Sequence record: DRR723986_1309
Strand: one strand, 5' to 3'
Length of the DNA: 43,524 bases
Positions within the stretch are counted from its first letter, which is position 1, and each line of letters opens with the position of its first letter. Below, one piece after another: positions 37,470 through 43,524 of this stretch. A program made the translations under genes and the position numbers. A model generated the notes under the pieces. The model was not told where the DNA came from. It made no database searches and saw only the letters and a program-made list of their open reading frames with translations.

Positions 37470-40133
37470 TTAGCGGTGCATCGGGCTAATTTTTTCAGCA
37501 TCCAGGCCGTAGTCTGCAATGGCCTTGCTCACGACAGAGGCAGCAATTTTGCCCTCATCACTCAGCGCCTTTAGGGCCGCGACCGTCACGTAATAACGGT
37601 CCACCTCAAAGTGCTCGCGCAATTTCGCTCGCGTGTCAGAGCGACCATAGCCGTCGGTACCCAGCACCACATAGCGGCCATCAATATATGGGCGCAGCTG
37701 TTCACCGTAGGCTTTAATATAATCCGTTGCACAAATAACCGGCGTGGACTGCGCATTGAGCTGCTGACTAACATACGCACTGCGTGGCGACTCCTCAGGG
37801 TGAAGCAAATTCCATCGGTCACACTCCATGCCGTCGCGATACAGCTGGTTAATGCTGGTGGCGCTCCAGATATCCGCTTCCACTTTGTGATCGGATTTCA
37901 GCAGCTCAGCGGCCGCTTCAACTTCACGCAAGATGGTGCCACTGCCCAATAACTGAACCTTTAGCTTGGGCTTCTTAACGGTGCTGCCTTTGAGCTTGTA
38001 GATTCCCTTGATAATGCCCTCTTCACTGCCTTCGGGCATATCGGGGTGGTAGTAGTTTTCGTTCATCGTGGTGATGTAATAGAAAACATTTTCCTTCTCG
38101 GCATACATGCGCCGCATGCCGTCCTGAATAATCACCGCCAACTCGTAAGAATACGTTGGATCGTAGGACACACAGTTAGGGATCATATTGGCCATTAAGT
38201 GGCTGTGGCCATCCTGGTGCTGCAAGCCTTCACCATTGAGGGTGGTACGCCCCGATGTTGCTCCGATCAGGAAACCGCGCGCCTGAGAGTCACCGGCAGC
38301 CCAGGCCAAATCCATAATGCGCTGAAAACCGAACATGGAGTAAAAAATGTAAAACGGCACCATTGGATAGCGGTGATTCGCGTAGGAGGTTGCCGCCGCC
38401 AACCACGCAGAGAAGGCGCCGGCCTCCGTGATGCCCTCCTCCAAAATTTGTCCATCCTTGGACTCTTTGTAATACATAATTTGGTCGGCATCGTGGGGGG
38501 TGTAGCGCTGCCCCTGAGAAGAATATATGCCCAGCTGGCGGAACATACCCTCCATACCGAAGGTGCGCGCTTCGTCTGGCACAATCGGCACAATACGCTC
38601 GCCCACGGCCTTGTCCTTAACCAGTGTCGACAACATGCGAACAAAGGCCATTGTCGACGACACTTCTCGCTTGCCGGTATTTTTCAGCTGCGCGGAAAAT
38701 TTCTCCAGCGACGGTACATCCAAGGCATCGAAGTCAGCCTGTCGCGCCGGCAAATAGCCCCCCAGCTCCTCGCGGCGCTTGTGCATATACACCATTTCCG
38801 GGCTGTCTTCCGGCGGCCGATAGTAAGGGACATTTTTCAGTTCATCGTCGGGGATCGGCACGGCAAAACGGTCGCGGAATTTTTTCAGCTCATCCAAGTC
38901 GAGCTTCTTCACCGAATGCGCTTCGTTTTGCGCTTCGCCGCCGCTACCCAGGCCGTAGCCTTTAACCGTCATTGCCAGTACCACGGTAGGCTGGCCTTTG
39001 GTTTCTCGGGCATTGGCGTAGGCAGCGTAGACTTTATAAGGGTCGTGGCCACCGCGATTCAGGTACATAATTTCGTCGTCAGAGAGGTCTTCAACCAGCT
39101 CCAGCAACTCTGGATACTTCCCGAAGAAGTGCTTGCGAGTATAGGCCCCGCCGTTGGCTTTGTAGTTCTGCAACTCACCATCACACACTTCATTCATGCG
39201 ACGGCGCAACAGGCCGGTTTTGTCTTTTTCCAGCAGCTGATCCCAGTGGCGCCCCCAAATGACCTTGACGACATTCCAGCCCGCGCCGCGGAACACCCCT
39301 TCCAGTTCCTGGATAATTTTGCCATTGCCGCGCACTGGGCCGTCCAGGCGCTGAAGGTTACAGTTGATCACAAAGCACAAATTATCGAGCTGCTCGCGCC
39401 CCGCCAGAGCAATTGCGCCGAGAGACTCAGGCTCGTCGCACTCGCCATCGCCCATAAAACACCACACTTTCCGATCGCCGTGATCGACCAGCCCTCGGCT
39501 CTGTTGGTACTTCATTACGTGGGCTTGGTAGATTGCCTGAATGGGACCCAGGCCCATGCTAACGGTGGGGAATTGCCAGTAGTCCGGCATTAACCAGGGG
39601 TGCGGATACGACGACAAGCCATCGCCGTCGACCTCGCGGCGGAAGCTGTCGAGCTGCTGCTCCGAGAGGCGCCCTTCCAGGAATGAGCGCGCATACATAC
39701 CCGGCGAACTATGGCCCTGATAATAGATCAGATCGGCCTTATCACCGCCGCGGAAAAAGTAGTTAAAGCCCACATCGTACAGGGTCGCGGAAGAGGAAAA
39801 GCTGGAGATGTGGCCACCCAAGCCCTCATCGTTGTCGTTGGCCCGCATTACCATTGCCAGCGCATTCCAGCGTATTAACGAGCGAATTTTGCGCTCCATA
39901 AACAAGTCGCCGGGCATGCGTTTTTCATCGCGAGGTTCGATGGTATTGCGAAATGAGGTGGTGATGGCCGCTGGGAGTTGGGTTCCCTGGCGCGCAGCAT
40001 GCTTTGCCAAGTATTTCAGGAGAAAAGCGGCGCGTGCTCTACCCGCATGGCTAAGCACGCCATCCAGTGCTTCCAGCCATTCTTGGGTTTCCTGTGGATC
40101 GAGATCTTCACGCAAATCAGGGTCTTGGTACAT
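37470..40133 (-). CDS. aceE: Pyruvate dehydrogenase E1 (homodimeric type)
   Basis: DPQETQEW, GGHISSF, SSYPHP, GDGECDEPES, PDEARTFGMEG and GEGLQHQDG motifs. Confidence 0.98.
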   Translation of the reverse strand: MYQDPDLREDLDPQETQEWLEALDGVLSHAGRARAAFLLKYLAKHAARQGTQLPAAITTSFRNTIEPRDEKRMPGDLFMERKIRSLIRWNALAMVMRANDNDEGLGGHISSFSSSATLYDVGFNYFFRGGDKADLIYYQGHSSPGMYARSFLEGRLSEQQLDSFRREVDGDGLSSYPHPWLMPDYWQFPTVSMGLGPIQAIYQAHVMKYQQSRGLVDHGDRKVWCFMGDGECDEPESLGAIALAGREQLDNLCFVINCNLQRLDGPVRGNGKIIQELEGVFRGAGWNVVKVIWGRHWDQLLEKDKTGLLRRRMNEVCDGELQNYKANGGAYTRKHFFGKYPELLELVEDLSDDEIMYLNRGGHDPYKVYAAYANARETKGQPTVVLAMTVKGYGLGSGGEAQNEAHSVKKLDLDELKKFRDRFAVPIPDDELKNVPYYRPPEDSPEMVYMHKRREELGGYLPARQADFDALDVPSLEKFSAQLKNTGKREVSSTMAFVRMLSTLVKDKAVGERIVPIVPDEARTFGMEGMFRQLGIYSSQGQRYTPHDADQIMYYKESKDGQILEEGITEAGAFSAWLAAATSYANHRYPMVPFYIFYSMFGFQRIMDLAWAAGDSQARGFLIGATSGRTTLNGEGLQHQDGHSHLMANMIPNCVSYDPTYSYELAVIIQDGMRRMYAEKENVFYYITTMNENYYHPDMPEGSEEGIIKGIYKLKGSTVKKPKLKVQLLGSGTILREVEAAAELLKSDHKVEADIWSATSINQLYRDGMECDRWNLLHPEESPRSAYVSQQLNAQSTPVICATDYIKAYGEQLRPYIDGRYVVLGTDGYGRSDTRAKLREHFEVDRYYVTVAALKALSDEGKIAASVVSKAIADYGLDAEKISPMHR

Positions 40134-40359
40134 ATCACAGTCCTTATCAATACCGTGGGCTGCCTAGACCAGCAAGCGATTTGCTCGAATGTGTTCCGCG
40201 TCAACGGGCGCACCGACCATGATCAATAATCGGGGTGTGCCTGCCGTTGGTGACGGTGATCACCTGGCCTATCTGGCGCTGCCCCACCTTGTGGGTCGGG
40301 CAGAACTGCCGATGAGAATTCGGGCCCCTGAAAGCCTATGCACTTTCAGAGCCGCGGAA

Positions 40360-40388
40360 ATCATCGCAGCCCTGTCGCCATAAATCAA
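40360..40388 (-). promoter_or_regulatory. Predicted sigma70 promoter of aceEF
   Basis: TTGATT (40388-40383), 17-nt spacer, TG-extended GATGAT (40365-40360); AT-rich tract upstream. Confidence 0.45.
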
Positions 40389-40450
40389 GAAAATCTAGAT
40401 ATTTTTATTATGAATAAATAGTTTCACCTCTATAAAAACAAGTACTTATA

Positions 40451-43294
40451 CTAGTCGAAGGAATAGACTCCCGCCCTATCAAGCACTGCGCGCGACTCCC
40501 CAGCAGGCAATGCCGACGGCCACTGCCCTGGCACCGTCACTAGCAAGCTGCGACGGTTTGCATCGTGCAGGGTTTGACGCATAAGCGACCACCACTGCGT
40601 GTACTCCAGCCCCCTCAGCGCAGCGATTAACTGGTCTCGACTGTCAAAACCCGAATACCCTTCCAACAGATCCCGCCAATGGCGGTCTGCCGCCTCCCAC
40701 AGGTTTTCCGGCTGCTCCGCTAACTTACTTATCAACGTCGCCCGGAACTGCTCGTAAGTTTGTTCATCAACGCCATTTTCAATCCAGGCGTCGATATACC
40801 CGTCGATCTCCTTGGCCAGCATCGCCGCGTCAGCAACCGGTGACTGCACCAGGAAGAATAAGCCACCCACATTTCGCTGGGGGTATACACCCGCATTAAC
40901 AATGTAGCCGAGCTGTTTCTCGGTGCGCAGTTGATGATAAAAGTCAGCACTCATGATCTGCGCCGCCAAACCCAAAGCAACCCTGGCCATTTTTCCCTGA
41001 TCAGGCGCCTGCACATACTGAAGTAGCGCAGCATCGTTGTGCTCGGCGGGCACAATCGCCAGTGCATTCCCCTCAGGTAGCTTAACAATCTGTTGCTGCG
41101 GCCGTGTGCTCAGCGATGTTTGCGGGAGCGCTCGCATCATTTGCGCAACCGTATCCAGCGCGTCCGCCTGGGTGAAATTACCGTGGAGCAACACCTGATA
41201 GCGGAAGGCCGCCAGCACCCGCTCTGCCTGGCGCGCAACATCGGCAAGCCCCAGAGCTTCGGTGTCTGATAGCAGAGACTCGAGGGCGGGCTCCTGTCGC
41301 TGCTGCAAGCGCGGCAGTTCGGCAAAAAGTTGCTGATAGGGTGAACGGCGCCGAACATTTTGCAACTCGCGCAGGCGCTGCTGCTTAATGCGGGCAAAAC
41401 GCTGTTCATCCCAGTCGACGTGACGCAGTGTATTCAGCACCTGAGACAGCAGTTCTGCCTGCTTCTGATCAAACCCTCCCAAGCGCAACTCAACACCGCG
41501 CCAACTGCTCGATAAGCTGTAATCTAAGCCCGCCAATTGTGCGGCATAGGCCTCTTCGTTCAGCTGATCACTGACCATGCGCAACCACAGTTCGGTGGCG
41601 GCAGCTGCCGAGGACGAGTCTCGCGTTGCAGGCGTCTCCAGCAAGAGATAACTGCGGCCTTTGGGCACATCAAACTGATCGTCGTTGTACAACCACACGC
41701 CGTCGATAGGCGCATTGTCCACCAACCTTGGTTGGTCGTTTGCAGCAGCATCGCCCTTCAGAGTAAAGGTATCAGCAATGTAGGGGTTACTGGCTGGCAA
41801 ATGCAGCCCCGCTGGCTCGGCCTCACGCCAGCGCTGTTGTTGCTGCGCATCAATGTCGCGCGCACTCCAGGGCACGTCATAACGCTGCTCGCGGCGGTCG
41901 GTATCGACACCCGGCGCAACAAGCGTAATAAAAGCCTTGTCCGGGGTCATACTGCGCAGGTATTGCCGTATCAATTCCGGCCGGAAGGACGTCATTACAT
42001 AGGCCGCCCGCAATACCTCCGCTGGCGGGTACTGCTGAAGCGCCGAGGAAAATTGCACCAATTCCTCTGTCAAATTTCGACGGTTGCGAAAACGAAATTG
42101 TTGCGCTGCGAGCTGGCTTTGCTCTCGGTACCGCCAGGCCTGAATACCCTGTTCATCAATCAGCCGCACATAGGCAAAAACCTGTTGGACAATACTATCG
42201 AGGTGTTCCATGCCGGCTTCGGTCAACGCAATATTGACACCAAACATTGCCTGACCCTGCATATCCAGGCTCTGACCAGCGCTCAAGCCATCGGCCCAGC
42301 CTGCGCGCTTAAGCGCCGATAACAGACTGCCCTTGCCCTCGTGACCGAGCAGGTTCGCAATATACGACAGCGGCTTATCCCGCCAGTGGGGGCTGGCATC
42401 AACCACCGGAAACTGAATAGACAGCCGCCGCTCCGTTTGCACTGGCTGTATCGTCACCCAGCGTGGCAGCGCCTGCGGTTCGAACAGTGGCTGAGCAATC
42501 GGCTCGATATTTACCTCGCGATTCTCAATCGCACTAAACCGCGCGCGCACCATCGACTCCAGCTCTGCCAGAGACTCTCGCCCCACCACCGTCAGGCTCA
42601 TGATATTCGCGGAGTAATAACGCTGGTAAAACGCCAGCAATTGCTCTCGCAGCGCCGCCTCGCGATCCGCCTGCAAGGTTTGCAAATTGCCTACTGAAAA
42701 TTTGCTAAATGGATGCTGCGACGCTAACTGCTCTTTAAACACCGCCAGCTCCCGGCGGCGATCGTTGCGCAGTCTGGCGCGATATTCAGACTCCACCGCA
42801 TTGACTTCACGCTGCACGTAATTGGCGTTGAACAGCGGTGCGACAAAGAACTGGGAAAACTGGTCCAGGGCGCCTTCAAGCGCATCCGCCTTAACATCGA
42901 AGAAATAGTTGGTGTGCTCAAAACTGGTGAAGGCGTTGTGACTGCCTCCGTTTGCCGTAATGTAAGCCTGGTAGTCGCCCGCCTTTGGGTAGGCACGCGT
43001 GCCCAGAAACAGCATATGCTCCAAGAAATGCGCCAGGCCCTGGTAATCACGAGGGTCTTGGCGGCTGCCGACATTCACATCCAGCGATGCACCCGCTTTA
43101 TCTGCGCCCGGATCAGACACCAATAATACTTTGAGACCGTTATCCAACCGCAGATAGCGAAAGCTGCGCTGCTCGGTATCGGGCTTGATGATGCTTTCGC
43201 CCTGACCAGACAGCGAGGCGTCGCGGGTAAGTGCCGCGCAGGCAGAAATAACAATAAGTAGAATAGCGACGGTGACATGTTGCAGAACGCGCAC
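40451..43294 (-). CDS. M16A insulinase-family zinc metalloprotease (pitrilysin/protease III-like), probable lipoprotein
   Basis: GLAHFLEHMLFLG inverted Zn motif, NAFTS, REVNAVESE and LRTEKQLGY; N-terminal LIVISAC lipobox. Confidence 0.92.
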   Translation of the reverse strand: MRVLQHVTVAILLIVISACAALTRDASLSGQGESIIKPDTEQRSFRYLRLDNGLKVLLVSDPGADKAGASLDVNVGSRQDPRDYQGLAHFLEHMLFLGTRAYPKAGDYQAYITANGGSHNAFTSFEHTNYFFDVKADALEGALDQFSQFFVAPLFNANYVQREVNAVESEYRARLRNDRRRELAVFKEQLASQHPFSKFSVGNLQTLQADREAALREQLLAFYQRYYSANIMSLTVVGRESLAELESMVRARFSAIENREVNIEPIAQPLFEPQALPRWVTIQPVQTERRLSIQFPVVDASPHWRDKPLSYIANLLGHEGKGSLLSALKRAGWADGLSAGQSLDMQGQAMFGVNIALTEAGMEHLDSIVQQVFAYVRLIDEQGIQAWRYREQSQLAAQQFRFRNRRNLTEELVQFSSALQQYPPAEVLRAAYVMTSFRPELIRQYLRSMTPDKAFITLVAPGVDTDRREQRYDVPWSARDIDAQQQQRWREAEPAGLHLPASNPYIADTFTLKGDAAANDQPRLVDNAPIDGVWLYNDDQFDVPKGRSYLLLETPATRDSSSAAAATELWLRMVSDQLNEEAYAAQLAGLDYSLSSSWRGVELRLGGFDQKQAELLSQVLNTLRHVDWDEQRFARIKQQRLRELQNVRRRSPYQQLFAELPRLQQRQEPALESLLSDTEALGLADVARQAERVLAAFRYQVLLHGNFTQADALDTVAQMMRALPQTSLSTRPQQQIVKLPEGNALAIVPAEHNDAALLQYVQAPDQGKMARVALGLAAQIMSADFYHQLRTEKQLGYIVNAGVYPQRNVGGLFFLVQSPVADAAMLAKEIDGYIDAWIENGVDEQTYEQFRATLISKLAEQPENLWEAADRHWRDLLEGYSGFDSRDQLIAALRGLEYTQWWSLMRQTLHDANRRSLLVTVPGQWPSALPAGESRAVLDRAGVYSFD

Positions 43295-43316
43295 AAATAT
43301 TTCCTTACAGAGTCAA

Positions 43317-43524
43317 TTACAACGATGCTTGCTCGCTGGGGGCTTCCGCTTCGTTACTCACGGCGTGAGGTCGCGGCCAGGAATACAGAATCGCCTTCAC
43401 TAAAGTCGCCAGTGGGATCGCAAAAAACACTCCCCACATTCCCCAAATTCCGCCGAATACCAGCACGGCAACAATAATCGCCACGGGGTGCATATTCACC
43501 GCTTCGGAAAACAGCAGCGGCACC
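43317..43524 (-). CDS. AI-2E family transporter (PerM-like), 3' end only, truncated by window edge
   Basis: [44 protein letters not shown]-terminal pattern. Confidence 0.88.
   Translation of the reverse strand, partial: VPLLFSEAVNMHPVAIIVAVLVFGGIWGMWGVFFAIPLATLVKAILYSWPRPHAVSNEAEAPSEQASL

Noticed and set aside
36577-37473. 298-aa Ser/Ala-rich plus-strand ORF and apparent internal repeat
   Set aside because: Antisense of the aceF lipoyl domains and linkers; the repeat is the normal duplicated lipoyl domain
38199-39593. 464-aa ORF on the plus strand
   Set aside because: Entirely antisense to aceE with no recognisable motifs; typical shadow ORF from codon bias in GC-rich genes
41537-42322. 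261-aa plus-strand ORF
   Set aside because: Antisense shadow of the M16 protease
1-43524. Genomic island, prophage, IS element or CRISPR array
   Set aside because: No integrase, transposase or phage genes, terminal repeats or regularly spaced repeats were seen

Overview
GC-rich chromosomal segment from a gammaproteobacterium, probably a marine Cellvibrionales/Pseudomonadales-like organism (inferred from the dapA-bamC-MBL-purC gene order and a Na+-type PomAB stator). Housekeeping genes (purC, bamC, dapA, pyk, pomAB, aceEF, pitrilysin, AI-2E transporter) are interleaved with an aerobic steroid A/B-ring (9,10-seco) degradation gene set: kshA-hsaC-hsaA, hsaD-hsaE-hsaG-hsaF, a 3-alpha-HSD-like SDR, an Rv3549c-like SDR and a TeiR/TesR-like LuxR regulator. 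The main highlight is a tightly coupled coenzyme F420 operon (npdG/fno-cofE-cofD-cofC-fbiC) that runs directly into the 3-alpha-HSD-like gene and is divergent from the Rv3549c-like SDR. A second highlight is a degenerate 18-bp pseudo-palindrome at nearly the same position (about -43) upstream of three promoters in the steroid region, a candidate LuxR-type activator box. No rRNA, tRNA, CRISPR array or mobile element was recognised. All family calls come from motif recognition and recalled homologues, not database searches.
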